A model generated the notes under the pieces. It made no database searches, was not told where the DNA came from, and saw only the letters and a program-made list of their open reading frames with translations. 64,000 nucleotides of DNA, taken from a virus. This document shows positions 1 to 8,899 of this stretch, one piece after another. The position numbers were made by a program, and so were the translations under genes. The DNA is taken from IMG/VR virus record IMGVR_UViG_3300045988_184134; one strand, given 5' to 3'. Positions within the stretch are counted from its first letter, which is position 1; the number at the start of each line of letters is the position of its first letter.

Positions 1-313
1 TGTCATCACATCAGAATCCCGCTGGCAGGTATAATTCGGGTCTACCTGTTTGATGACGCTATAAATCGTCGCGCGGTTCATGTTGTATTCTTTCGCCAGC
101 TCAACGGCCGTCACACCCTTGCTGTACTTGCGAGCAATTTCTTTGTCTCGTTGTTTCTTCCATTTATGGAAGTCCATAGAATGTTCTTTACGACTTGCTT
201 CACGAGATACCCTGTAGCAGATGTGGTTTGATACATGATGCTTTGCGGCAGCGTCTTTGATAGACATACCACTCTTCAAGTCCTCGACAATGAGCCGATT
301 CCTTTCTAACATT
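1..313 (-). CDS. HTH DNA-binding protein (tandem helix-turn-helix repeats), 5'-part only; ORF runs off window start
   Basis: Minus-strand ORF with ATG at 313, absent from the ORF track because it is truncated by the window edge. Translation MLERNRLIVEDLKSGMSIKDAAAKHHV...IARKYSKGVTAVELAKEYNMNRATIYSV shows two Y..G.S...IA.KY.V-type HTH units like those in 8883..9683. Confidence 0.45.
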
Positions 314-423
314 GCCTCTCTATCAATCAATGTTCTGTCCTCCTTGCATATAAAAAAGCAGGCTCGTAAAAGAACCTGCTTTAGTGGTCGTTAATGCACT
401 TTTTGGTTTACAATACCCAGTTT

Positions 424-450
424 ACTCAATTCGCACAAACGTGCAAGAAG
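424..450 (-). promoter_or_regulatory. promoter-like element TTGCAC-GTTTGTGCGAATTG for the HTH gene ending at 313
   Basis: -35 and spacer motif are clear; -10 is weak (TAAACT). Confidence 0.35.
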
Positions 451-466
451 GCAACATAAAACGGTT

Positions 467-943
467 TTATTTCCATTCCATATATGGAATATGTGCCAGC
501 ATAAGCAAACACACTTCAAGATTTGATTCGATGTAACGAGCAATTGTATCGAATCGTTGATTCAGACTCAATGACTCAAAAGTGTAGCCGGATTCAGAAA
601 GAAGCATTTCCTCGCTGCTGGTATACAAAACATTGAGCATTGCCGTCAATGCTTGCAGAATTTCCGTATCGCAGTTCTTCTTTGTGAAGAAGAAATATCG
701 TGTTGAGTTCCCATCGGTGATGCCGATTTTGCCTTCATAGTCATCAAAATTTGCAAGGTCACCAAATAGGCTGCAAGCAATATAGCCAAGCTTTTCTTCA
801 ACCGGCACAGTGACCCACAAAGGATAACGCTCGTTTGGCTGAAAATCAGTCTTGCCACAGTTATACTCCCACTCGATGAAAGCACGAATACTGATAACTT
901 CTCCGTACGGCGTAATAATTTTGACGTTTTCCAATTTACTCAC
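467..943 (-). CDS. hypothetical protein (158 aa)
   Basis: ORF-track ORF with a GTG/TTG start region and a GAGGTGA RBS; no recognisable motif. Confidence 0.45.
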   Translation of the reverse strand: MSKLENVKIITPYGEVISIRAFIEWEYNCGKTDFQPNERYPLWVTVPVEEKLGYIACSLFGDLANFDDYEGKIGITDGNSTRYFFFTKKNCDTEILQALTAMLNVLYTSSEEMLLSESGYTFESLSLNQRFDTIARYIESNLEVCLLMLAHIPYMEWK

Positions 944-963
944 CTCACTTGTGCGTCACATGA

Positions 964-1027
964 CTTTATTGTATTCAATTCGCAATGAAAAGCAAAAAGA
1001 GGGGCCGCCTGACGGCAGTCCCTCTTA
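964..1027 (-). promoter_or_regulatory. terminator of 1038..1547 followed by a promoter (TTGCTT-N16-TACAAT, spacer TTGCGAATTG) for 467..943
   Basis: Hairpin AAGAGGGACTGCCGTCAGGCGGCCCCTCTT plus U-run, then the promoter. Confidence 0.45.
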
Positions 1028-1037
1028 TGCAATGTGA

Positions 1038-1547
1038 TTAGTATTTTCCGGCTTGTACACCGGGAATGGCTTCGATTTTCTTGAGGATGTTCTCGAAGTT
1101 GTGCATGACATACGAAGAAATCTCGCACATCTTCTCCTCGTGGTTCAGGGTGTCGAATTTGGCAAAAGCGCCGTTTTCCTCATAAGCAGCTTTCACCTCT
1201 GCGTAAACACGCTTGAAAACATTCGCGCTTTCGATGGCAACCTTGTCTGCGTAAAACGGGCACCAGACCTCTTTGGTGGTGTTGGCGGTTTTGATGAGGA
1301 TAGGCTCTCCCCTGTCGTCGCCATTGCCCAGCATTTGGAACAATGACATAGACATAGCCTGCATCATCTGGGACGGAGTCAACTCCTCCCATTTGGTGTC
1401 GGGCTCGGCAATCTTGCAGCTGTTGAACTTGGCGTATGCACAGCCGGTCTCGGCCTGGTAGTTCTTGTCGCGGGTTTCTGCATAGAGAAATTCGGCAACA
1501 TCTTTGGTCGGCATGGATTTGCCCATCAGAATAACAGTTTTGCTCAT
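1038..1547 (-). CDS. hypothetical protein (169 aa)
   Basis: Intact ORF followed by an intrinsic terminator at 994..1027. Confidence 0.5.
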   Translation of the reverse strand: MSKTVILMGKSMPTKDVAEFLYAETRDKNYQAETGCAYAKFNSCKIAEPDTKWEELTPSQMMQAMSMSLFQMLGNGDDRGEPILIKTANTTKEVWCPFYADKVAIESANVFKRVYAEVKAAYEENGAFAKFDTLNHEEKMCEISSYVMHNFENILKKIEAIPGVQAGKY

Positions 1548-1571
1548 GGTGGTATTCTCCTTTTTGAAAAA

Positions 1572-3005
1572 TTACATCGTCGGACTTTGCGGCAGCCACT
1601 GCTGCGGATAAGAACGAAGCAGATTCTTCGGCACACAATCATTCAGTGCAGAGTTCTCAGCAAGTGCCATGTCGATGATGTAGTAATCATCACCGTTGCG
1701 CATCACATCAACACTCCACTGCCCTGTCAGCTCTACGTGCGGGATAACCTTCTTCAGCTCATCCAGAACAATCTGGACACTCTCCTTGTAGCGCTTTTCC
1801 AGCACATCCTCGTGCATCTGGTAGATAACGTAGTCGTGCCGTTCCTGCGGACTGCTCACTTCCTGGAATTTGCCCTTCATCACATCGCTGCGCCAGTAAG
1901 GACTCACTCCGAGAATTGTCTTGGCATCGAAGTCCACAAACACGCGGTATTCAGTGTGCAGCGGCAGACCGTTATAGATAGTCGGGTTTCCTTCCTTGTC
2001 TTTGATATACTCTCTGACAACCCATTCATTGGTCGTATTTGCCCCATAGAAGCAATGTCCATTGGTGGGCGCTGCCATAGAACAGGTCAGGTGGTTCAGA
2101 AACAAGAAATACTCGCCTATCTCACGGACCTCTTGCGGTTCCTGGACATGAGCATTGCGAAACTCGTACTTGGAAGAGTAGGTGCCGGTTTTGATAAAGT
2201 AGTCGCCGTCATCGTTCAGATGGAAGATTCTCTTGCAGTAACGGTTCACAATCGCCTTCGTCACGGGATTCAGCGTCTCAAAGCCGAGTCTCGTGAGTTG
2301 GAGCATCGTGATGGGCACATGTAGGAGTTTCGTCTCCGGCACCTTGAAGAACTTATTACCGTCTAAGCCTTTAACCAACGGCGGCAGCCAGTAGCTCATG
2401 GTGTTCGGATTCATTTCGAGCATCTGATATGTGATGTCATCGAGGTCCAGAATATCGAGGCCCTGGCGGAACATGTGATACTGCATCGCCTTGTTTCGGT
2501 CATTTCTCGCATCGAGATACGCCTTGTAGTGGCTGAGCAGCACCTTGTAAGATGGCTCAGAAATGTCAATCTTCATCAGATTGCCGGTCAGCTGCGGCCG
2601 AAGTTCTTCCGGGAACTTCTTGAGGTCCTCATTCGTAACCGGCGGAAGGATATGCTGGTTTGCGGAATATCGAACGTAGTAACCACCGCGTTTCGGCTCA
2701 TAGATGTACAGTCTGGTGTCATCCATCAGCTCGGCAACGATTTGGTCAATGAGATTGTCCAGCTCTTTCGTAAAAGGCACGCTCTTATCGAGCATTGCCT
2801 TTACGGTTGCGGTATCCCACTGGAGAAGATTGTCAGACAGTGTCCCACTTTCCAGCACTTGGGTTTTGTAGACATCCTCAAAGGTTTTAAGAGCATCAGG
2901 GCTTGTTTTCAGCATCGATGCAAGCTCTTCATAGGAAAACAGCTTATTTTCTTTCTTAGATAGCATTGCACCGATTTGAGCAAGCATGTCATTGAACTGA
3001 GCCAT
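1572..3005 (-). CDS. ATP-grasp-like domain protein (477 aa)
   Basis: C-terminal half has an ATP-grasp-like pattern (…TGTYSSKYEF…VREIGEYFLFLNH…WSVDVMRNGDDYYIIDMALAENS). Start overlaps the stop of 3005..3337 (ATGA). Confidence 0.45.
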   Translation of the reverse strand: MAQFNDMLAQIGAMLSKKENKLFSYEELASMLKTSPDALKTFEDVYKTQVLESGTLSDNLLQWDTATVKAMLDKSVPFTKELDNLIDQIVAELMDDTRLYIYEPKRGGYYVRYSANQHILPPVTNEDLKKFPEELRPQLTGNLMKIDISEPSYKVLLSHYKAYLDARNDRNKAMQYHMFRQGLDILDLDDITYQMLEMNPNTMSYWLPPLVKGLDGNKFFKVPETKLLHVPITMLQLTRLGFETLNPVTKAIVNRYCKRIFHLNDDGDYFIKTGTYSSKYEFRNAHVQEPQEVREIGEYFLFLNHLTCSMAAPTNGHCFYGANTTNEWVVREYIKDKEGNPTIYNGLPLHTEYRVFVDFDAKTILGVSPYWRSDVMKGKFQEVSSPQERHDYVIYQMHEDVLEKRYKESVQIVLDELKKVIPHVELTGQWSVDVMRNGDDYYIIDMALAENSALNDCVPKNLLRSYPQQWLPQSPTM

Positions 3006-3337
3006 CAGTAGCCCTCCTCATCGGGAATCTCATCTGCCGTCAGGTCTTCGTTGAAGTCCACGGTCAAATCAGCAACCGGCGCGTCCAGCTTTTTAAGGCC
3101 GAACGACTCATAGAAGCCATCAGGAATCTCGGCCGCATCACCCCAGTTGAAGTAGCCACTGTTGAGTCGCAGCGTCTTTTTGCCTTCTTCGGTATCCAGA
3201 TAAGACTTTACGGCGTTGCGTACTTGCGTGAGAACGTCATACGCTTTTTCAGAGTCATACTCAAACTGCAACATGGTCGTCTCGGTGCTGAATGGGCCGA
3301 TGATTTCGTTTGCTGCGATAGTAAAAATTTTAGTCAT
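3005..3337 (-). CDS. hypothetical acidic protein (110 aa)
   Basis: AAAGGAG RBS 8 nt before the ATG; first gene after leader/terminator module copy 1. Confidence 0.55.
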   Translation of the reverse strand: MTKIFTIAANEIIGPFSTETTMLQFEYDSEKAYDVLTQVRNAVKSYLDTEEGKKTLRLNSGYFNWGDAAEIPDGFYESFGLKKLDAPVADLTVDFNEDLTADEIPDEEGY

Positions 3338-3364
3338 GGTAAATACACTCCTTTGTTTTGACGC

Positions 3365-3494
3365 AAAAAGAGCGGGCCTCCCGCGTGGGAAGTCCGCTCT
3401 TCAAGCGAAATTGTGAATACGAAGGGCAAGTCGCCTTTTCGATTATGTTATCTATCGTACACTTTTATCTTACGCAATTCGCATATTTTGACAA
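3365..3494 (-). promoter_or_regulatory. module copy 1 (TTGTCA-N16-TAAGAT promoter, leader, terminator) upstream of 3005..3337
   Basis: Same P1, P2 and conserved CGTATTCACAATTTCGCTT box as copy 4; terminator AGAGCGGAC…GCCCGCTCT plus U5 at 3365..3400. Confidence 0.55.
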
Positions 3495-3666
3495 CCGGGT
3501 GCTTTTGTTGGATGAATGACTGGATACGAGTGGCATCGTCATATTCGAGATGAAGGGTCGCGTTTACCATATTAGTAATAGATTGGATTGGTTATTGGAT
3601 AGAATTGGATAGATTTTGTATTGCTATGAGTTAATATCTAATCAAGAACGGAACAGTTGATACCCT

Positions 3667-4824
3667 TTACGGCTTGCAATACCCGCAAGGTGTATAGCCC
3701 TGCTCGATTAGGTCATCGCGGGAACCTGTATAGTCTTTGCGGTTTGCATCGCTCATTTGAGCTACGGCGGAGCAGTCAGGCTTATGAAATTTCATAGAGT
3801 TTGTGTTCAGGACATAGGTACTGACCGTCGTATCCTTTTGCTGTGACTCCTCGACCTCGACTGTATCGGTGGTAGTGCTTTCTGCCGCCTGGTGATATTC
3901 GCCATAAGTGAAAGTGACGTCCTTACCGTCCGATGTGCAGTAGATGTCTCCCATCTCGTCAGTTCTGAAAACCTCAATGTCTTTGCTCTGGAGCTTTGCC
4001 AAAGTGATGTCGTGTGGATGACCATAGCTGTTGTCCTTGCCACAGGAAATAACAGCATAGGCTGGATTCACTGTGTCGAGGAATGCTTCGGATGTGGAGG
4101 TTCGAGAACCATGATGCCCTACCTTCAGAACAGTAGATTGGATGTCTTGTCCAGACTGTAGGATAACATCTTCGGCAGGCTCTTCTGCATCACCCGTAAA
4201 CAAGAATGAGGTTTCTCCATATACGATGCGTAGGACAATGGAGGTATTGTTGGTATCATCCGGCACTGAGTTCACGGCGATAACAGTCACTTCGGCATCG
4301 CCAAGGGAGAATGTATCCCCTACCGACGGAATCGTAAGGCCGTTGCCTCTTTCTTCCGCTCGCTGCTTGAAGTTCCGAAAAGCTTTACTGTCGTACTCTG
4401 TGACAGGGCAATACGTGACATCAGCCGTCACGGCTTCGAATGCACCGGAAAGACCTCCGATATGGTCTTCATGGGCGTGCGTGCCAACAACATAATCCAG
4501 ATGTCCGTCTGTCTCACGTTCCAGAACAGAATATACGAGGTCAGAATCATCAACATTGCCACCGTCAATGAGCATCGAATGCCCATCACAGGTAACAAGA
4601 GCAGAGTCCGCCTGCCCCACATCAATGAAGTGGATAGTAAAGCTGCCGTCTTCCGTTACGCCAGCCGTCTGCTCGCTGTCAGAGACAGGACTTTCTGAGA
4701 CGACCCCGGATACAGGAAGACTACCCGAATCAATCGGGGTCTGACCGCAGCCTGCGAAGCTGAGGGTGAAGAGTGCCGCAATCGCTGCCGCTGCTCTCCG
4801 CAAGAATGTGTTTTTGCTTTGCAT
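3667..4824 (-). CDS. MBL-fold metallo-hydrolase lipoprotein with C-terminal Cys/His zinc-ribbon-like tail
   Basis: Lipobox LSFAGC after the signal peptide; HAHEDHIGG (HxHxDH) metallo-beta-lactamase motif; C-terminal H-K-P-x-C…C-G-Y-C-K-P motif. Confidence 0.7.
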   Translation of the reverse strand: MQSKNTFLRRAAAAIAALFTLSFAGCGQTPIDSGSLPVSGVVSESPVSDSEQTAGVTEDGSFTIHFIDVGQADSALVTCDGHSMLIDGGNVDDSDLVYSVLERETDGHLDYVVGTHAHEDHIGGLSGAFEAVTADVTYCPVTEYDSKAFRNFKQRAEERGNGLTIPSVGDTFSLGDAEVTVIAVNSVPDDTNNTSIVLRIVYGETSFLFTGDAEEPAEDVILQSGQDIQSTVLKVGHHGSRTSTSEAFLDTVNPAYAVISCGKDNSYGHPHDITLAKLQSKDIEVFRTDEMGDIYCTSDGKDVTFTYGEYHQAAESTTTDTVEVEESQQKDTTVSTYVLNTNSMKFHKPDCSAVAQMSDANRKDYTGSRDDLIEQGYTPCGYCKP

Positions 4825-4844
4825 TGGAAATTTCTCCTTTCAAA

Positions 4845-4983
4845 TAAAAAAGAGCGGGCCTACCCCGGAATGGGATAAGTCCGCTCTTAAAACAGATTGT
4901 GAACGATAGAAAATCGTAACATCTTTATGTGTTTGGTATCTATCGCACAATCAATATTGTAGTCAATTCGAAAGGAATGGCAA
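4845..4983 (-). promoter_or_regulatory. module copy 2 (TTGCCA-N16-TACAAT promoter, leader, terminator) upstream of 3667..4824
   Basis: Divergent leader that keeps P1 (GCGATAGA…TCTATCG) and CGTTCACAATCT; terminator AGAGCGGAC…GCCCGCTCT plus U6. Confidence 0.5.
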
Positions 4984-4988
4984 GGCCT

Positions 4989-5210
4989 TCACTTTTGGTT
5001 ATGGGACACTTTAAGGTCAGCATAAATGCAGCACCCAATAAGACCCAGGCTGCAGATACATCCAAGTGCTATATGGCGAGGATAAAGAATAAGCCAAGTG
5101 GGGTCAGTCATCGCCTTTGCCCAAAAAAGAACGTCCGCCAAAGCAATGGTGAGCGGAATGATAATGGTCTTTGTGACCTTCCAGATTTTCAGTAGTTTTT
5201 CCTTTGACAT
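4989..5210 (-). CDS. small membrane protein (73 aa)
   Basis: Two hydrophobic segments; AGGAG-like RBS; lies immediately downstream of the sortase-like gene. Confidence 0.4.
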   Translation of the reverse strand: MSKEKLLKIWKVTKTIIIPLTIALADVLFWAKAMTDPTWLILYPRHIALGCICSLGLIGCCIYADLKVSHNQK

Positions 5211-5222
5211 CTTTTGGCACTC

Positions 5223-5996
5223 CTAAGCAGACAGCGTGGCTCTGACGACATAGCGTTGGTTTGTGGTTTGGTAGTATCCGAACGGATAGCAGGTATACAT
5301 CACGAGCCGGTCGGTGGTGTCCGAAAGGTCCACAAGAATGGTTCCATCATCGGCCACCACAGTGCCCGCGTCTGCCGTTACCGTTCCCGGCCTGGCAGAA
5401 TCTACCGTATATACGTATTGTCCGTAGTCTGTAGTGACCACAAATTCGTCACCAATACTTACGTATTGAAGCAAAGCCAAAGTGCTGTCGTTATGGGAGC
5501 AAAGAAGATGACAACCACCGTAGCCTACCTGATAGGAGCCTGCGTACTGATATACACCGCTGCGGCTGTCGAGGAGAGCTTGGTCATCGCCCCAGATAAG
5601 GGAAGCGTTGATACCTACGCTGCTGCATGAGACTGTCCCGTAGGAAGCGCCATACGTGGCAGGCACCACATCACCCCATACGCTGGTCGTGAGTGGAGCC
5701 GGAGTATCTGTAGGGACCGGTATTGGTGCTTCTGTCGGTTCAGGCGTCTGTGTAGGAGTAGGCTCTGGTGCAGCTGTTGGTTTCGACAAAGGAGCATGAG
5801 GTGTGGGTTCCGGGATGCTGTCGGTGCTTAGATAAATCGCATCATTCGCTGTCTCAGCCGTTGCCGCTGATTCCGTTGTGCTGGCAAAAGAGTCTGGTGG
5901 TACTGATACGGGAGTAGATGCACTACTCGCGCAAGCTGTGGCAAAGGTCAGTACGCCTACTGCCACAGCAGTTATCACTGCTTTTGTCCGTCTCAT
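5223..5996 (-). CDS. sortase-family protein (secreted/lipoprotein, Pro/Thr-rich linker)
   Basis: N-terminal signal/lipobox (FATAC); PT-rich linker. C-terminal domain carries the sortase signature order: His (GGCHLL), Y.Y.V, TLxTC-like LVMYTCYPF, and Arg in RYVVRA. Confidence 0.5.
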   Translation of the reverse strand: MRRTKAVITAVAVGVLTFATACASSASTPVSVPPDSFASTTESAATAETANDAIYLSTDSIPEPTPHAPLSKPTAAPEPTPTQTPEPTEAPIPVPTDTPAPLTTSVWGDVVPATYGASYGTVSCSSVGINASLIWGDDQALLDSRSGVYQYAGSYQVGYGGCHLLCSHNDSTLALLQYVSIGDEFVVTTDYGQYVYTVDSARPGTVTADAGTVVADDGTILVDLSDTTDRLVMYTCYPFGYYQTTNQRYVVRATLSA

Positions 5997-6038
5997 ATAA
6001 CAAGTCCTTTCTGGTCGTTAGTAAAAATCAAAGCTGCC

Positions 6039-6704
6039 TCAATGCTTAACGAATCGAGGCAGCTTTTTGGCAACGGACATGATAAGCCATTTTTGCGTTT
6101 CTTCTGAGAGTTGGTGCGGTTTGCACTCTACCTTCTTGCGGATACCATAGGTGCTTTCACCGTCATAGTAAATCAGGACACCGATGCCATCGGGAATTTC
6201 GCCTTTCACTTTTTTATAGAGAGCCGTCGGCATAGCATAGTAGTTGCAATGCCCTACAAAGTTGTGCCCGTGGTCAGAGTGAAAGTCCCCTACTGAGATT
6301 TTAATTTCTACACAGGTGATGACGGTATCAATCGTGTAGAGATGCTGTGTCTTATACAACCTACAGAACCGCTCGGTGCAAGGTTCGTTGCGAAAATTCC
6401 AGTTGGAGATGTCCTTCGGACAATTCACTTCCTGCGTCCATTGTTCGATAGACGGCATAACGAGGTCTTTATCCTCGTCGGAGTACATCGACAATTTGCA
6501 AGTTCCACACTTTGTCTCAGAAGTAAAACACTCCTGCACACGGACGAAATCTACAAGCCCAGAGCGTGTCGTGCCGCACTCCACAGGCACTTCAAGAGCA
6601 TCGAAGCCCTGGCGGAATGTATCCGTTCTATACCCGCCGTAGTTGGTTGGATTCCAGTTATGGAGCGCCACCTCAATTTCGCGGGTCAATTGTGTTTTAG
6701 CCAC
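6039..6704 (-). CDS. Cys-rich hypothetical protein, possible PD-(D/E)xK-like nuclease
   Basis: Candidate D…E-x-K arrangement (LVDFVRV … VITCVEIKIS) and several CxxC pairs; weak. Confidence 0.35.
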   Translation of the reverse strand: MAKTQLTREIEVALHNWNPTNYGGYRTDTFRQGFDALEVPVECGTTRSGLVDFVRVQECFTSETKCGTCKLSMYSDEDKDLVMPSIEQWTQEVNCPKDISNWNFRNEPCTERFCRLYKTQHLYTIDTVITCVEIKISVGDFHSDHGHNFVGHCNYYAMPTALYKKVKGEIPDGIGVLIYYDGESTYGIRKKVECKPHQLSEETQKWLIMSVAKKLPRFVKH

Positions 6705-6710
6705 TTGTGT

Positions 6711-6830
6711 TTACCTCAGAATATCATGGCCCAGCTGAATCATCTTTTTACGCTTTTTGTGCAAAGAGACAAGATGCGCAACGGCAGCTGCGATACCGGC
6801 TACCATTACCATTTTCAGAAACTTCTTCAT
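6711..6830 (-). CDS. small hydrophobic peptide (39 aa), below the ORF-track cutoff
   Basis: Strong RBS AAAGGAGAACCCCC-ATG. Translation MKKFLKMVMVAGIAAAVAHLVSLHKKRKKMIQLGHDILR. Sits between the ParB-like gene and 6039..6704. Confidence 0.4.
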   Translation of the reverse strand: MKKFLKMVMVAGIAAAVAHLVSLHKKRKKMIQLGHDILR

Positions 6831-6848
6831 GGGGGTTCTCCTTTCAGG

Positions 6849-7715
6849 TTACGCCTTTTTCTTGGCTTTTTTGGCTTCAGGCTTTACGATACGTCCCGTG
6901 GCGTCGTAGATGTTGTACGGGAAATCACCGTCATTGATGCGCTTTGCGACACGCTGGCCGGTGGCAGTCTTATAATACTGGTTCAGTCGGTTCGCAGTAC
7001 GGTAGAAGGCATACTTCGCATACTGTGTGCCGGTTTTGGAAGTGTTGTTGCGAATCAGGTCATCACGCAGCATGACGGCATAGTGCTCGGCTTCATTGGT
7101 CGTGAAACCGCTATAGAAAACTTCGAGAAACTTGGCGATATAGGCTTCGGGCACATCGTTTATCGCTGCCACAATCATGGCGGCGGTGATACCGGCGGAA
7201 GACAGGCCACGCATCGAACCACGCTTAATATGGCTCGTGACCATCTCAATCTGAGGCCGATACTTGGCGAGCCACTCGGTCAGGTCTTCCTCATGGCTTA
7301 AATTGGAGCCGGAAAACATACGGCCGATAAGGTTGGCTGCCGAGAGAATTGTTTTGTCGGTCCAACTCATGTCGTAGTCTGACATCTGGACACGGTTCGC
7401 CATCGAGCGGCTGTTGCCGGAATCGATGTGCTGAGACTTGGGCGCATTGAAGGTCACGTTCATGCGTACTGTAACGCCGGACTCTACTACCGCCATCAGA
7501 CGGTGCTGACCATCGACCAACGTGCCATCGGTGGCAATCGCAATGCCCTGATGAGTCGTGTCCCAGTGACCCTCGCGCATATCCTTTGCCATTTTCTTGA
7601 CCTTGGCAAAGTTCACATTGCGGTTGTTGGTGTTCTTCTCAAGCCACTGCTTTGCAAGCGCCGGAGTGACGACATAGCCGTCACGAGTATGCTGTTCAAA
7701 ATTATAACGTCCCAT
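6849..7715 (-). CDS. ParB-like nuclease domain protein
   Basis: LVDGQHRLMAV matches the ParB/sulfiredoxin-fold DGxHR signature; basic C-terminal tail. Confidence 0.65.
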   Translation of the reverse strand: MGRYNFEQHTRDGYVVTPALAKQWLEKNTNNRNVNFAKVKKMAKDMREGHWDTTHQGIAIATDGTLVDGQHRLMAVVESGVTVRMNVTFNAPKSQHIDSGNSRSMANRVQMSDYDMSWTDKTILSAANLIGRMFSGSNLSHEEDLTEWLAKYRPQIEMVTSHIKRGSMRGLSSAGITAAMIVAAINDVPEAYIAKFLEVFYSGFTTNEAEHYAVMLRDDLIRNNTSKTGTQYAKYAFYRTANRLNQYYKTATGQRVAKRINDGDFPYNIYDATGRIVKPEAKKAKKKA

Positions 7716-7793
7716 TGTGATTTCCTTCCTGTTTGATAGGCATGTAATATGACTGATTTGTATTTACTGTGATTTGCCGATAAATGAGATAGA

Positions 7794-8345
7794 TTAGATG
7801 ACGGGCTTTTCCGCAGAATACTGCCGATTGACCAGTTCCTGTGTACTCATGGCGCAGAACCCTGCATCAGCGGCCGCGTCAACCGCCTTGAAGTAGTCAT
7901 CCACAAAGAGAATTTGGGAAGGCTCTAAGCCGTAGACTTTGGCAAACATCTGCATAACGGTCACTTTGCGTTCCGGGCTGGATGTGCCAAGCATGTCATG
8001 GAACTGGCCCGGAAAGTGCATTTCAAGCCATTGTTTTTTGAACGGCAGCGTGATGCTGTCCTGCACAAAAGAGATACAGTATTTCGGAATGTCGGGGCAG
8101 CTCTCAAGGAAGTGCTGGATGAGGTCATTGGGCTCACCGATTTCATCAAAGACTCGGTAGCCGTCCTTCGTTTCTTTTTCCCGGCGCAGGAGCCGTTCCC
8201 TGTGGGCCTCTCCCGTAGCATCGAGCCGATGTTCCCGATAGTGGATAAGCAGTGTATCATCAAAATCGAAGAACATCATCTTGATTTTTGAAAGGTTCAT
8301 GTCGTTTTCTCCTTTATTTGTAGGCAATTTCATGGTTTGTGACAT
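7794..8345 (-). CDS. HAD-superfamily phosphatase
   Basis: Motif I FFDFDDTLL (DxDxT) and motif IV LFVDD. Confidence 0.65.
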   Translation of the reverse strand: MSQTMKLPTNKGENDMNLSKIKMMFFDFDDTLLIHYREHRLDATGEAHRERLLRREKETKDGYRVFDEIGEPNDLIQHFLESCPDIPKYCISFVQDSITLPFKKQWLEMHFPGQFHDMLGTSSPERKVTVMQMFAKVYGLEPSQILFVDDYFKAVDAAADAGFCAMSTQELVNRQYSAEKPVI

Positions 8346-8607
8346 CAGATTCTGTCAGGAAAACATCACTATAGTCGTCCTCATCCGTTCCAGCGCAAAC
8401 ATGGTGTTCATAAGGCATAGAGCCTTCTTGCTCCACATCAATGCGCCAGATACCGTCGGTGTAGTGGACGAACAAAACCGTGTCATCTTCCAGAAAGAGC
8501 CAGACACCGGCCACATCATAGCAGCCGATTTCATCCACTGCATAATTTGAATTGTCCAAGCAGACGAGGTCGTCGCTCGAACCGTAGATTTTAACCATCA
8601 TATACAT
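8314..8607 (-). CDS. hypothetical acidic protein (97 aa)
   Basis: ORF-track ORF overlapping the start of the HAD gene by about 30 nt. Confidence 0.4.
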   Translation of the reverse strand: MYMMVKIYGSSDDLVCLDNSNYAVDEIGCYDVAGVWLFLEDDTVLFVHYTDGIWRIDVEQEGSMPYEHHVCAGTDEDDYSDVFLTESDVTNHEIAYK

Positions 8608-8698
8608 CCCTGCTTTACTTCACGATGCAATCTTTTACCGCAGCTTCTGACTCTGCGTACTGCCGAGCATGACTTTTGGCTGCCACCAGCAGAGCATC

Positions 8699-8899
8699 CT
8701 ACTCAACCTGAAGCACTGCCTGCATTGAGGTGTGCTGTTTCCGCTTTGCACGTGAAACGGCATGCTGCCTGACCGCCTGGCGGATGGCTGCGTTTGTGTG
8801 TTGGATGCTGGCGGTTTCCTCACGCGAAAAGTTTTTGTCCGTATTTCCTTGAAGATTAGACTCAGTTACAGCCTTTGCAAACTTAATAGATGTCGTCAT
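8699..8899 (-). CDS. small basic protein (66 aa)
   Basis: Internal ATG at 8899 preceded by GGAGG-CAGCT; trimmed from ORF-track 8699..8935. Confidence 0.3.
   Translation of the reverse strand: MTTSIKFAKAVTESNLQGNTDKNFSREETASIQHTNAAIRQAVRQHAVSRAKRKQHTSMQAVLQVE

Noticed and set aside
1587-2324. Plus-strand ORF (245 aa) inside the minus-strand ATP-grasp-like gene; the same pattern recurs at 2475..2963, 6342..7301, 10112..10885, 11306..11824, 12849..13469, 16080..16733, 19345..19785, 27565..28185, 29767..30681, 33348..34610, 41199..41828, 45619..46209, 48171..48962, 55517..56638, 58163..59200, 60405..61412 and 61553..62866.
   Set aside because: These are shadow ORFs antisense to much longer, motif-bearing minus-strand genes. 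They have no RBS and their translations are low-complexity or nonsensical.
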